DNA of 64,000 bases from Eledone cirrhosa (lineage: Eukaryota): the NCBI GenBank assembly GCA_964016885.1, contig OZ024741.1:199950001-200014000 (forward strand), in the 5' to 3' direction. Within the stretch, counting starts at the first letter, position 1. Each line of letters opens with the position of its first letter. A program made the translations under genes and the position numbers. Below, piece by piece: positions 1-12,900 of the stretch. The notes beneath the pieces were generated by a model. The model was not told where the DNA came from. It did no database searches and was given only the letters and a program-made list of their open reading frames with translations.

Positions 1-1052
1 GCAATTTTGGTGTGGTGTTTTGTTCTCGTTAATATCTCTGCTATCACCAAGATAATGCTTCACTGTCGTTGCTAAGGCATATAAACAGGCGTTGATTTGC
101 CAAAATGTTGGGGTTTTTATCGATCGTAAATATTCATCCCCTATTTCGTCAATAACACGTAATATTTCATTATTTGGTTTTTTATTAAACATTGTCGTTT
201 TAATACGTTCAGCAAGAGAGATGTTTATACATGAATTAATTTCTCTCTAGAAGATTTCGTTGAGGAAAAATTTTAATAGTAATGAAAAATTTCAATAGTA
301 ATGAAAAATATCAATAGTATTTTCCACAATAGTCGAGGTAGACTCGGATGGTACACGTGGTGTCAAATTTCTTCGATTATTATTATTATTTCTTCGATTA
401 TTATTATCGATAGTGTTTTCCCCAGCATTCAAGGTAGACTTAGATGGTACACGTGGTGTCAAGTTTCTTACAGGCATAGTTGTTTCAAGGCACTGTTCGA
501 CCTGGCTGCTAGGAAGTCTAGTAGCATGGCGACCTGTAGGACGTGTTGTTGATAACATGTTTGTTGTGGGTAACTTACAATTAATAATATTTATCTTATT
601 TTTACGTTCAACAAACGTTGCTTGTTGGCGTAATTGTTTCGCTGTGAAATAATTTAGCTCCGGGTGCATTTCGTCCCAGTGTAGCTTCATTCTGTTCATA
701 TAGCCAATGGAGGGATTGTTGTTTTGGCATTTTATAACAATTAAATAAATCATTATTAAGTTCGCAACTCCAAGAGAAATGCGATTTATAATTTCGGTTT
801 CTTCTGTAGCTACAACTGAATAAAGTTTGTTTACCTTCCTTGTTATTTGTCTTCGGTACTTCCTTAATTTTGTTGTTGATGTTGTGTTCAGCCATGCTGT
901 TTGTAGCAAATCCTTGTAAAATGAATTATGTATTTAGTCGGATATCTCTACGAATTCGAATAAAAGGTTGTGGCATTACTGTCGGAGATAGTATTCATCT
1001 AAAACTTAATAAATAGTCTCCCACGCCAAAATATGCGACTGATCGCGTTGAC
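1..1052 (-). mobile_element. 5' part of an R4/Dong-like (RLE-type) non-LTR retrotransposon, frameshifted, running off the window start
   Basis: Minus-strand frames join to give WSCELNNDLFNCYK..NNPSIGYMNRMKLHWDEMHPELNYFTAKQLRQQA (Myb-like N-terminal motif of R4/Dong ORFs), followed by ..FWQINACLYALATTV..; 5' end abuts a (TA)n tract at ~1060. Confidence 0.6.
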
Positions 1053-1056
1053 TGTG

Positions 1057-1102
<46 letters not shown>

Positions 1103-1150
1103 TATAGATAGGTAAATATACACGGGTGTGTATGATTGTGTATAGAAGAT

Positions 1151-1539
1151 TATATTAATAAGAGGAATTCCAACTTTGTCTGATTTACTCGTTTTATTTA
1201 CAATCCTTTAAAATATATATAATGGTATTATAATGAAATAGTATGATAGAATATTAAATTCTAAGTGTTAATTGAACAAGTACTTTCATGCTTTCGCAAT
1301 CTTCAGGTTCATGATATGTGGTGACAGTCGAGTTTGCAATTTTCAACTGTTGAAAATTGCAAACTCGACTGTCACCACATATCATGAACCTGAAGATTGC
1401 GAAAGCATGAAAGTACTTGTTCAATTAACACTTAGAATTTAATATTCTATCATACTATTTCATTATAATACCATTATATATATTTTAAAGGATTGTAAAT
1501 AAAACGAGTAAATCAGACAAAGTTGGAATTCCTCTTATT

Positions 1540-1545
<6 letters not shown>
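1151..1545. repeat. Perfect ~395-bp palindrome (197-bp arms, 1-nt centre at 1348), probable inverted Penelope pseudo-LTR pair
   Basis: 1151-1347 is the reverse complement of 1349-1545 (tatattaataagagg...ttttcaac t gttgaaaa...cctcttattaatata); flanked by (TA)n; each arm carries a hammerhead motif. Confidence 0.9.
1385..1423 (+). ncRNA. Minimal type I hammerhead ribozyme (mirror copy at 1273-1311 on -)
   Basis: tgaac CTGAAGA t-tgc-gaaa-gca-t GAAA gtac TT gttca: stem I tgaac/gttca, stem II tgc/gca with GAAA loop, palindromic stem III gtac, UU cleavage site. Confidence 0.8.
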
Positions 1546-1602
<57 letters not shown>

Positions 1603-1659
1603 GTGTGTGTATATATATGTATGTCTGTCTGTCTGTCTGTATGTGTGTATGTATATATG

Positions 1660-1880
1660 TATGGGCAATCCCTGGCACTAGAGATCGCGGCAGACCAAGG
1701 AAGACATGGTTGGAGTGCGTGAAGAGTGATTTGTATAAATGGAACTTGGGCGATGTTGATACTATGGACAGAAATTCATGGAGAGCGGCTGTAAGACATT
1801 GCCTTGTGTTGCCTACCTCGGAGTCCGGGACAACTGCAGTACCCTAAAGACTAAAACTGGATATGGATGGATGGATCATC
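1660..1880 (+). mobile_element. 3' end fragment of an RTE-clade LINE
   Basis: Translates [29 protein letters not shown] (RTE ORF C-terminus) followed by a (GGAT)n tail. Confidence 0.7.
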
Positions 1881-2285
1881 ATCATTTTTATCTCCTCTTT
1901 TCCATTCTAGCAGAATTTGGACAAGGCTTTTTGAGGCAGGTTTTCTGTGACCAGACACTCTTTTTGATGCTAACCCATACTTTATTTACAAGTATGTCAA
2001 ATACAGCTCATCTTTATTGAACTGTTATGTTGTGGGGCATGTTGTTTATGACCAAGTGTCACTATTTGCTATAAATGTTATTGATATGAAGACACATGTG
2101 GTAACCTCTCTCTCTTACACACACCCATAATTGTTATTTTTGGAAACTGTTTCCTATAATGTTTCATCAATGTAAACAGTCACTATTAATAACAATATTG
2201 ACTCTGTTATACTGCAGTGCATATTTAGAGCGTTTATTATGCAAATGTTATCATCATCTTCAACATTATTTAAAAAGTGTTGGAC

Positions 2286-2401
2286 TGGTTCAAATCCCGC
2301 CAAGGTTAACTTTGCCTTTCATCCTTACGGGGTCGATAAAATAAAGTACCAGTAATGTACTGGGTAATTGCTGGCCTTGTGCCAAATGTGGAAACAATTA
2401 T
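2286..2401 (+). mobile_element. 5'-truncated SINE (Meta-domain-like family)
   Basis: gttcaaatccc B-box, then gcctttcatccttacggggtcgataaaataaagtaccag and the ggccttgtgcc..gaaacaatta end shared with >10 copies in the window. Confidence 0.8.
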
Positions 2402-3349
2402 TTAACATGTCTTCTCTGCTAAAAAGTGTTGGACTGGGTCATTTCTGAAGCAGAGCTACAGATCTCTCAAATGTGCCAGAGACCTGTATCTTACTTACAT
2501 ATGATCCCATACATTACTGAGTGCATTTTATCATGTCATCAGCTCTAAAGAGGTTGTTATGTTTTTGACACAGCTTAAGAGTTCTCTTGAATCCTTTATG
2601 GGTGCATTTTCTGTGGTACCATCACTAGAGGTTGTCAATCATTGACTTAATTGAAGAGTCCTCTGTACCCTACATGAGTGTGTGTGTGTGTGCAAAATAG
2701 GACAGGCTGAAATGGGATGATGGGTATGATGTCATGACTGTACTACAAGTGTGGTGGAGTGGTGTGATTTGACAGTAATGAGTAGAGATGACCTTCCGGA
2801 ATGTATACTATACTTGGTTAATTTACAGAGCATTGGGCAAGTTTTAAAACTTGAAAATATGTTTGCTTTTGCTTTTTGGGAAGCTATCACAGTGCAGATA
2901 TCTATAAATAATTGAAAAAGTCGGGTAAAGTACCCATGGAGATTGAAAAAGTGGGCAGAAGTTCCAGCAGGAAATCAAACCATGCAACTGCCGTATTCTG
3001 GATGACCACATTTAACCATTAGACCAAAGCACATCTAGTCACCTATTGCCATCTTTTAGAAGCTTTAAGTCTTAAGCTGGATGTGTAAATAATATTTGGT
3101 TAATTTACACAAAGCACTGGGCAAATTTGAAAGAGAATCAAATTACAGATCTGCTGTATTTATTTGAACAGATTATAAGTTCAAGCACAGAATTTGTTTT
3201 CATACTTTCATGGGATCTTCAGAAACTAAATTGATTTTGAATCTGTAGACATAAATGTAAACATTTCAGATTACAAAAATATTAGCTAACAGTGTGTATA
3301 ACTGGTTAAATAAACTGAATATTCAAATAAGCTGATAAACTACATAATC

Positions 3350-6200
3350 AATCATGTTCCCCCAATTGGTGCAGCCAGTCATTGGGGTGCCACTCTAGAC
3401 GCTTTTGCAGTCAGCCGTTGCCGCAGGTGTCTTTTTCTGTCATGCGTAGAAGGGTCTTGGTGTTATGACCAGTCTAGTCTTTGGTGTTGTCAAACCAGGA
3501 TTTTCTTTTCTACCTTTTCTTTGCCCTGAAGAATGGTTTTAGAGAAGTAATTGTGGCAAGATACATGACCATACCAGGCAAGCTTCCATCTTTTCACCAT
3601 CGTAAGGAATGGTTCCTGTCTGCCAGCATATTTGTTAACTTGCTGTCTGATAAAGCTGATTATTTTGTGCTTTGTGTATGGGATGTGTAGCAACCTTCTG
3701 AAGCACTTGTCCTCGAAAGACTGGATCCTTCGTTCCATGTCAGCTGGGAGTGTCCAACTCTCACACCCATACAAAAGGATCAAAGTCACCAAGGACTTGT
3801 ATAGTTTGAGCTTCGTTAGAAAACTGATGGAGTTGCTTTTCCATGTGACATTCAACTTTACCATGGCAGCAGTGGCCAGGGCAAGTCTTGTCAGTATCTT
3901 CTTTTGAGATCTGTCATCTCTGATCTGAGTGGATCCTAGGTACTTGAAGATGTCCACTTCTTCAAGTCTTCCTCCATTCAGCATGATGTTCGTTGCTATA
4001 TTCTAATTATTACTATTAACAAGCTGATCTCCATACCATAATTTCCATAATTCTGAGCTGATCTCCATACCATATGTTTCTAATACTTTTTCCAGTCTGG
4101 TAGTGAGCTCCTGGAATTTTGCTTCACTGCCTCCTAACAGGTCAAAGTCATCAGCAAACTACATGTTGGAAATGGGCTATCCTCCCATGGAGTGTTTCTT
4201 GCATAATGTTTTCCAGGATAATGCTGAAAAGCACTGTTATCCTGAACAATTCCCTGATGTTGTTATCCAGGAGAACTGCACTGTTTGACTTAACATACAG
4301 TGCTTTAATTACTTGACGGAGGTTGCTGTCAAAGTTGCAATCTCTCATCACTCTCGACAAACACTAATGCTAAACATGGTCAAAGGCTTTTTTAAAGTCA
4401 ATGAAGTTATGATAAAGGTTAGATTGGTGCTGCAGGTGTTTCTCAGTGAGACGTCTGATGTTAAATATCTGCTCTGTTGTATTTCTTTTGGGCCTGAATC
4501 TTGCCTGTTCTTCTGCCTTTGCCTTAAGTCTGTTTAGAAGAACTCTTAGCAGTACTTTGCTGGGATGACTAATTAGGCTGATTGTTCTGTAGTTCTGTCA
4601 GAATCTTAAGTTTCCTTTATTGGGAATGGGTATCATCAGTGATTGGGTCCACTCCTTTAGTCACTTCTTTGTTTCCCATATCTTGTGACAGTTAACTGTC
4701 AGTGCCTTGATAAATTCTTCCTGGAAAATTGGCGTATCCTTGATTTCTTTGTTCTTCGCAATACTCAGACCATCTTTTGATGACATCGGCCTCCTCTGAG
4801 GAGCGAGCCATTTTTGTCCTCGGTGGCAGTTGTGGTGTGTTACTTTTTTTTCTTAACGTTTTGAGGGTTTCATAAGAAGTCTTGCTGTTGCCCTTTTTTA
4901 TTCCAGCTTCGATGCTTTTACACTGAGCTGATATCCACTTCTCTTTGGCTTTCCTCATTTTCTTCTTGGCCTTTCTATTAACAGTGCTGTATTGTTGTCT
5001 TGCCTCCTGATCTGTTTGTTAGCTTAGTATTCTTTAAGTCACTTCTTAAATCACATAGGTCCAAGATGTCATCAGTAACCCATAGTTTACTTTTCCTTCT
5101 CTTTCTTTTCAGCACTTCTAAAGCTGTTTCATGAAGTGCTTCCTTGATGTTGTCAGTTAAGGGTTTAATATCTTCTTTTAGAGGGTTAAAGGTTGTAAAC
5201 CTGCCACCTACGTTTGCCTCAAACATTACTGCAATCCTAGGATTTCTTAGTTTGTTTACATAAAACTTGATACATGTGGCTTCCTTTTTATGGATCTTTT
5301 TCGATTTAAGCTTTAGTGCTATTAGAATCAAATCATGATCATTTTTGACATCTACACTTGGGAAGACCCCAGTTCTGGCCTTATTGAAACTGGATTTGAA
5401 CTTTTAAGGTGAAAGGGTGAAGCCCTGCTATTGGGTGCATGCCATGTTGTTCTCCATGAGGTTTTGTGTGAGAACAGTTTGTTGGTTAGGGTCAGCTTGT
5501 GGGTGGTAGCAAACTCTAGGATGTGGAGTCCATGATCATTTGTTTCTCCAATCCTAAATCGTCCCACTGTCCTAGTCTATTGGTCATACGCACCTGAACC
5601 TACTTTGGCATTCCAGTCTCCTAAGATGATAAGGATGTCTTCTTTAGGAGCTGTTCTGCTGATTTTCTACAGATCCTTATAAAAGCTCTTCAACAACATC
5701 GTCATAATTGAGTGTTGGGGCATAGACTTGTATGATGGTAATGTTCTGTGGTTTTGCAGCCACCCGCATGGTGATGAGTCTGCTGGATACTGATGTATAG
5801 CTGATGGCTGAGTTCAGTCTGGTTTTGTTAAAGATGAAACCCACTCCATGTTCATGCTTGGTTTCATTACTGGTTTTTATGGCTTTCATCTGTAGTTGTA
5901 TCACCAAATCTAGTCTACTTGATTTCAACTAGCTCTAAGATATCCCATGTGTATCTGGCAAGTTCCTGGTAAGTTCTTTCGTCCCTCCAAAAGCATATAG
6001 AGTACGGATGTTCCATGTCATCCCAGTTGCACATTGATCACCTCCAACCTGGGAAATAGCAGCGGAGAGCACGGTTGTTGGTTTTCCAGGCCTCAACTGA
6101 TCTGGCATGTTATTTGACTGTTTGTCTATCATGGCATTTCAGTAGGCCTTAGAATGCTTGGCAGTGCCCATCTCCTCTCTAAACATCAAGTCCCTCAGTC
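3350..6200 (-). mobile_element. Near full-length degenerate RTE-clade LINE (AP endonuclease + RT)
   Basis: Minus-strand fragments TWNIRTL, HGVGFI, ITIIQVYAPT, TTWHAPN, FKYLGS, LLYGCESWTL, LAWYGHV in correct order with many stops/frameshifts. Confidence 0.9.
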
Positions 6201-7034
6201 TAGCCTGCCAGCAGAAGCATTTTCCAAGGTGTGGTGGAAAAAGTTTTCAGAACCAATAGTGACAGTCAGCTGAGAACCAATATACCTGTCCATAATACTA
6301 TAATCATTAGTGTTTGTTTCTTTTATTTATTTATTTTTTTAGAGGGGTTGCCTTGTTCTGTGGCAAGTGTCATCAAGTTTGGAAACAGAAGTGATTGCAA
6401 TGTGATTAACAGTGAGAATAGCAGGAATGGAGGTGGCTAAGGGGGACATAGAAATATAATTGTTAGATAGGTGAGGAAGACAGAGTGGATTAACCACACT
6501 GCTGCTGACTGGTCCCTCTGTAAAATCTACTTGGAGCAGACCATTTTCCTCCTAAGCGGTCTCATTTAACAATCTATCAAAATGGCACTTCCATGTTTCT
6601 TTCTTCTTCACATTAGTGAGTGCAAGTGTGCCACTGACATTCCAGACCCACTCTTCTCCAACAACATCCTCACAAACTACCTTGCAGTCCAGAACACCTC
6701 ATGCTACATATATACTGTAAAGTGGTTGGTGGTAGGAAAGCCATAGAAAGCTTGTGAACATTGGGTCATGAGGACCCTTCAGTTGTGTCAAAATCATAAC
6801 AACCTCTCTAATGCTGGTGCCATGATAAAATGCACTTGATAGAGTGTGGGACCGTATATAAACAAAATGCAGATCCCCAGTCAATCTGAGAGAGCAGTAG
6901 CTCTGCTTGAGTTCTGACTCAGTCTGTAAGAACTCATCCAACCTATCAAATGGATGTTAAGTGGTAATTATAATATATAAAATTTTGAACTAATTTTGAT
7001 TTAATTATATTTGATATTCTTTGCTTTTTAATAG

Positions 7035-7117
7035 ATAATATATTAATACGCTTTTCTGAAGAGGACTCTGATTGGGAAGCATATGGAGAATTTAATCCTT
7101 CAGATGTCCACCACCAA
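7035..7117 (+). CDS. Rel: Rel/NF-kB family transcription factor, internal exon (IPT domain)
   Basis: atag|AT AAT..CAC CAA|gtaag; (D)NILIRFSEEDSDWEAYGEFNPSDVHHQ matches the Rel IPT motif DI.VRF..WE..G.F.P.DVH.Q. Confidence 0.92.
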
Positions 7118-7565
7118 GTAAGTTTTTATTGATATTTGGCACAAATATATTTACTTATTGTGTAAACTCACTCTTAAAATCAACCTCCAAGCACTGAACA
7201 GTTCTTGAAACATTGTCTCTCTGTATTTTCTATTGTTGTTACAATATCCCCAACTCATGAAATTGCCATCATTCTTACATCATCTACATCATCTTTACTA
7301 ACCTGTAATAACTACTCAATTGTTGAACCTGTAGTGGTGGAGACTTCTGGCATTTTTGGTCCTTCAAAACACCTCCGTAAGTGAGCCCCATGTGTTGAAA
7401 TGGCTGTTTCAACACATCTTCCTAACTATCCTCTGGGGTAACACAATCTCTATTCTGTCTGCTATGACCGTGAGGCAGCTTTTGTCTGGGGTTCTGCATG
7501 CCAGAGAATGTTCTCCCACATTTTCCATTCATATATCAGAGGTAGCAATGTTGTTGGTTGCTAGC

Positions 7566-7970
7566 ATTTATGATTTTAGACTTTTATTCTTATCTCTAAT
7601 CTAAAAGGTTCTCAAGAGATCATAGGTACTAAGGTATATAGCCTAGTGGCCAGGGTGTTGGTCTCTTGATTATAAGGTTGTGGGTTTGACTCCTGGACTG
7701 TGGCATGTTCTTGTGCAAGACACTTTATTTCATGATAGGACTGGGGACACTATCATTAAAAAAACACCAAACCTATTATGAGATACCTCATTGGAGGCCA
7801 GCTAAACCTGCATAGGTGTGGGCTGTAAATTTCTTTTCTTTTCATTGTTTCATTCCATTTCTTGAGTACTAAGTGTTTAAAATACTGAATCCATGTAGTT
7901 TTAAAATTTATTACCACTAAATTATTTGTTATTGAAATTATTAGTTGCATTAACATTATGTAAGAAAAGT
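7566..7970 (+). repeat. 405-bp intronic segment duplicated at 11402-11806
   Basis: Direct repeat with only about five substitutions seen by eye; contains an old tRNA-derived SINE head at ~7632-7735. Confidence 0.95.
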
Positions 7971-8061
7971 TAAAAATCATTTAAATATGCTTGCTGTCGT
8001 GTTTTGTATTAAATATATATGCTTGTTTTATAACTATTACTCTCTTTTTCTCTTATTTTAG

Positions 8062-8200
8062 TTTGCAATTGTCTTCAAAACTCCACCATATAAAAATATT
8101 AGAATCACAAAAGATGTGACTGTATCCTTACAGTTGTATCGGCCATCAGACGTAACATATAGTAATTCAGTCAAGTTCACCTATCAGCCAGAAGATCCTG
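8062..8200 (+). CDS. Rel: Rel/NF-kB exon (end of IPT domain)
   Basis: Polypyrimidine tract + ttttag|TTT..CCT G|gtaag; FAIVFKTPPYKNIRITKDVTVSLQLYRPSDVTYSNSVKFTYQPEDP; phase 0 join to the previous exon. Confidence 0.95.
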
Positions 8201-8265
8201 GTAAGTTAAAATAAATTTTTCTGCTCTACTTTGGAATAATAAAAATAATAATTATTGTTACTAAT

Positions 8266-8460
8266 TTAGGCACAAGGCCAGCAATTTGAAAGGAGGTGAA
8301 GGTCAATGAAATCAACCCTAGTACTTGACTGATACTTTATTTTATCAACTCCATAAAGACGAAAGGCAAAGTTAACCTCAGTCGGATTTGAACTCAGAAT
8401 GTAAAAAGCCGTAACTCTCTGCAAAGCATTTGGTTGGATGTTGTCACAATTCTGCCAGTT
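8266..8460 (-). mobile_element. SINE (Meta-domain-like family), diverged
   Basis: Reverse complement of the family core: ggcacaaggccagcaa..tactttattttatc..gaaaggcaaagttaacctc..ggatttgaactcag. Confidence 0.75.
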
Positions 8461-10099
8461 AATAATAATGATGTATATAGCACTAAACTTTACATATTTG
8501 GCAAGCTTGATTATTGGGGTTAATGGTAGAGTTTCCAGTATGAAACCATATCTATCTTGTTTCAAAAACGGTACCTTTTATACTAGCTATATTATAATCT
8601 AGTGAAGTGCAAGAATATTGAGAAGCTTCAAAATTCAGTTAATTTACTCAACATTCAATTAATTATCCAAGAAATTCAATTATTGTCAAGTGCAATAAAA
8701 GATCTCATGTTTTTCTCTTTTTTGTTTTATTTTTGTATATCTTTCCTATATTACTATATTAATATTGTATTCAGTGTCTTTTTCTTGGAGACCTAGCATT
8801 CATATCAGTTAGAACTTATATTAACGATTTTGATAACAAAACTGCCTTTTTGAAACACATAGGCAGTGTAGAAATACTGTAATGAAAAGGTTAAAAAATT
8901 AGCATACTTTAAATGCATTGTTGAAACCTTTTATTTTTTACTTCCATTTTGAATTTTTATATGCATTGGATTAGTTGAATAATGTGTAAGGCAATAGCTA
9001 ATCCATCAAGCATGTCAACAAAGAAAACATCATCACTGTTTGATGTCTATTTTTCATGCTTACATGGTTTAGACAGGTTGTCATGTTCTGATGTAAGATC
9101 ACTCAGGTGACCAAGTCTTGTTCATATGTTCTGCTCGGGTTTTATACGGTCGAATGTCCTTTCTAACACCAACCACTTTACAGCATGTACAGAGAACATT
9201 TAATTGTGACTTCAGCAATATCACCTTACATGATGGATTAGCTGCTTTTTTTGTAATGACAGCATTACCACTTTACAAGGTAGACTGGATGCTTTTCATT
9301 ATGATGTCAGTACCACCACTTTACAGGTTGGACTGGGTACTTTTATTGTGGCACCAGAACTACCACTTTATTGGGTGGACTGGGTACTTTGACACCAGTA
9401 CTATCAAACATGTAATAAAATTTAAACCTATGACTCGTTATGCCATTTAATCAAATGTCTTGCAACTCTTCTGGTTATTGAGGAACCACTGAAAACTTCC
9501 TCTTTTTATAGTTATTCAAGAGAAGATATATTGGTGTTATTTCTTAGGTCTGCTGGAAGATTTGTGCTGAACATGACAAGAATACAAAACATTCATCAAT
9601 ATAATGTTATTGCCACTTAGAATGTCAGGGGGAATCTTCAGTTGTATCAAAAACATGAAAACCCTCTTAGTCCTGGTAACACTATAAAATGTACTTGGTA
9701 GAACGTGGAATTTACATAAGCAAGATGTGGGTCTCCAGCCCTCCTGAGCACTTGGTAGAATACAGGAATATATGTGAGATGAACCATATGAAAGGGCAGT
9801 AGCTCCGCTTGAGTACTGACTCAGTCTGAATACTTGTCTGTCCCTTGTTAGCAGAGAAGAAGTATGTTAAGAGCTGAAGGTGTTGATAATGTTGACAGTA
9901 CCCATTTACAGTTACATGGACTGGACACCTCATTTGTTGAGTTCTAATTATTTAACTTTAAAATTATATGGATTAGTGTACAAACAGTTATATATGTGTG
10001 TGTATGCATGTTTGTATGTACATCATGGAGGTGAGGTTGGCTCTGTCCCTAGAGCTAGTTTACAGTTTAGTTATGTTAACTTTTGAATTTGTTTTTATA

Positions 10100-11190
10100 A
10101 AATAAGACTAAAGTTCTAGGAAAATAGTGCACAGGTGCCCTCTGGGAAATGCCATGCTCAGTTGTAAGAAAGAAGTATGTAGAAATTCCATTTTATGTCC
10201 CAAATGCAAACTATGGGTACATAAAAGATGTAGTGGGATCACAGGCAAGCTATCTAAACAGATTTTATATGTGGCCGATGCTCAGGTTCATTAAGTAGCA
10301 GGGGCCCACAGGATACTAGCTCCTTCTAATGCCCAGATGGTTCTATAGAAATAGTGGACACTTTCCGTTACCTGGGTGACAAAATCAGCAGTGGTGGAGG
10401 GTGCTTTGAAAGTACAGTAGTCAGAGTTAAAATGGGATGGAAAAAGTTCAGAGAGCTTATACCGTTGTTGGCCACAAAAGGTTTCTCTCTAAAAATGAAA
10501 GGCAGATTGTATGATGCTTGTATACGAATAGCAATGTTACATGGCAGTGAGACATGGGCATTGTGTGCAGAGGACCTGCGCAGACTGGAAAGGAACGAAG
10601 CATGCATGCTCCATTGGATGTGTAATAGTAATATACACGAATGGCTAAACATAAACGAACTAAGTGAGAAATTAGGAATAAAAGGGATCAGATGCTGTTT
10701 ACTTGAGACAAGATTACGTTTGTATGGTCACGTGATGCGCATGAAAGACGATAGCTGTATAAAAAATTGCAGGGCGATCAAAATTAATGACGTTACGGAG
10801 TAGGTAGACCCAGAAAAACCTGGGATGGCTTGGTAAATTCCGACCTTGCACACTTGTACCTCTCTAAGACAATGTAACTGGGTTGAGATCTTTGGCACCA
10901 CGCAGTAATACAGAAGGCCTGCGTTCCCTACGTGCAAAGTTAACCTACAGTCAGTTGGCCCCTCTAAACATCCATCCAAACCCACTACGCCTACTCCACT
11001 CTTCCACTCCTGCCAACACCCAAACCAAACATCCATTCAAACCCACTACCCCCACTCCACCCTTCCACTCCCACCAACACCACCCTTTCTCTATAAAGTT
11101 ATGTTGGTACCACACCATCCAGTCCAAACTAATGAGGTGTAGGTGTCACGACAAAAAACACCCAGTCCACGCTGTAAAGTGGTCGTGTAG
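10100..11190 (+). mobile_element. 3' part of an RTEX-like LINE
   Basis: CPKCKLWVHKRCSGI (PHD-like finger), FRYLGD, MLHGSETW, RLRLYGHVMRM and the family 3' UTR. Confidence 0.85.
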
Positions 11191-11331
11191 AAGACTCAGT
11201 AAAAAGACTGGAAATTCTTAGCTTAGTCTCATATATATTTGGGGTGAGGGGTTATATAATTACTTCTCAGCTTTAGCAAACATTGTGTTGTCTGCATATA
11301 ATCTGAACTTATCTAATTTAACTCTATACAG

Positions 11332-11379
11332 ATCCAGACAGAATTGAAGAGAAGAGAAAGAGAAAAGTTGGCATACCAT
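11332..11379 (+). CDS. Rel: Rel/NF-kB 48-bp exon with nuclear localisation signal
   Basis: tacag|AT CCA..CCA T|gtaag; (D)PDRIEEKRKRKVGIP, equivalent to RelA D.HRIEEKRKR; phase 1/1 compatible. Confidence 0.92.
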
Positions 11380-11806
11380 GTAAGTATTGTGTGTCAAATT
11401 GATTTATGATTTTAGACTTTTATTCTTATCTCTAATCTAAAAGGTTCTCAAAAGATCATAGGTACTAAGGTATATAGCCTAGTGGCCAGGGTGTTGGTCT
11501 CTTGATTATAAGGTTGTGGGTTTGACTCCTGGACTGTGGCATATTCTTGTGCAAGACACTTTATTTCATGATAGGACTGGGGACCCTATCATTAAAAAAA
11601 CACCAAACCTATTATGAGATACCTCATTGGAGGACAGCTAAACCTGCATAGATGTGGGCTGTAAATTTCTTTTCTTTTCATTGTTTCATTCCATTTCTTG
11701 AGTACTAAGTGTTTAAAATACTGAATCCATGTAGTTTTAAAATTTATTACCACTAAATTATTTGTTATTGAAATTATTAGTTGCATTAACATTATGTAAG
11801 AAAAGT

Positions 11807-12900
11807 GATTGATGTAGTGTTGTACATGTCTTTCTGGTTCAGTTGGACCGCATATGCGAATACGATCAAAGCATATTGCAGAAAACATCTCTAAAATATT
11901 AAGAAAACCTTTGATGAGACTCACTTTTTCAGAAAACAACAGAAACTCACAATGTTAGAAGCTTGTACATCAATCGCATGCAATTCTCTGGCTACAAACA
12001 AACAGACAGAATCAGAGTGTACAAAGCGGCCATGGCAAAATACAAGACCTGAAAGGAGCAAATCATGGAATAGCATAGCTAGGACTAGGCAAAAGATAGG
12101 GAAAGCCAACTTATGGTATGACAACCAGAGGTAGCAGAGTGTCACATTCGTGGATGCAACCCCTGGAGGTGAACTAGCTAGTCAATTTAGAAAGGTCCTC
12201 AGCAAAACCTATTTAAATATTAAAGTGGTAGAAAAGCCAAGAACAACCATAAAGTCCCTGATCAGTATAACTTACCTTTAAGAAAACTCTCTGTATAAAT
12301 AAGAAATGTGTAATATGTAGAGTAAGTACACAAATAAATTGTAAAACTAGAAATGTAATCTATAGTGTAGGATGCAAAGAGGGTGCCAGCAGAGACATGA
12401 CAATGACATACTGGAAATATAGCCTATAGCATAGAGGGGATAGATGAACACTGGACAAAAAGACAATTCAGTACTATATGAACAAGCCAGGCTAAGACAT
12501 AATGGTAAAATAGACAACATAAAAATTAAAATATCTAAATATAGGAATGACTCCACAATTAGACAAATTAGGGAGGCTACAGAAATAGAATTAAGAAAAC
12601 CTAGGCTGAACAAAAAACATGAATGGAATCACAACGCAAAATAGAATATAAACACATTAACACACACAGACTCAGATATGAACACATGAGCACACACCAA
12701 ACAAAATAAACAGAATACACCCACACAAACGCATGCGCAAAAGAGACAGCGATAAATAAATAAATAAAATAAGAAAACGTTATAGGAACACAATTGGAGG
12801 AAACAGAAAATGATAATCACTGATGATATCACAGATATGTGTGACAAAAGAACTGTGAGAAACTATATTTATATTTTCAACTGTTGGTCAATCAAAGATA
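11807..12900 (+). mobile_element. Degenerate 5'-truncated Penelope-like element (same family as 61500-64000) with 5' inversion
   Basis: + strand from 11966 reads YINRMQFSGY.., TPGGELA, IKVVEKP, IRQIREATEI, HEWN; 11807-~11930 is the preceding part (ERHVQHYIN) inverted; decayed hammerhead at 12817-12858. Confidence 0.8.

Noticed and set aside
3195-3230. Minus-strand CTGAAGA..GAAA hammerhead-like core
   Set aside because: Intervening tcccat cannot form stem II and no UH plus stem I pairing follows
6343-6440. Strong-looking acceptor as a possible upstream Rel exon
   Set aside because: No frame gives the expected GG.E..LLC.KV.K IPT motif and all frames reach stops without a suitable donor
6700-6960. 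Conserved non-coding element (also ~9790 and ~24730)
   Set aside because: Shared gcagtagctctgcttgagtactgactcagtctg in three places is better explained as an old dispersed repeat; boundaries not definable by eye
12817-12858. Hammerhead at the end of the intronic PLE fragment
   Set aside because: GAAA core changed to AAAA; recorded only as a decayed homologue of 61561-61603
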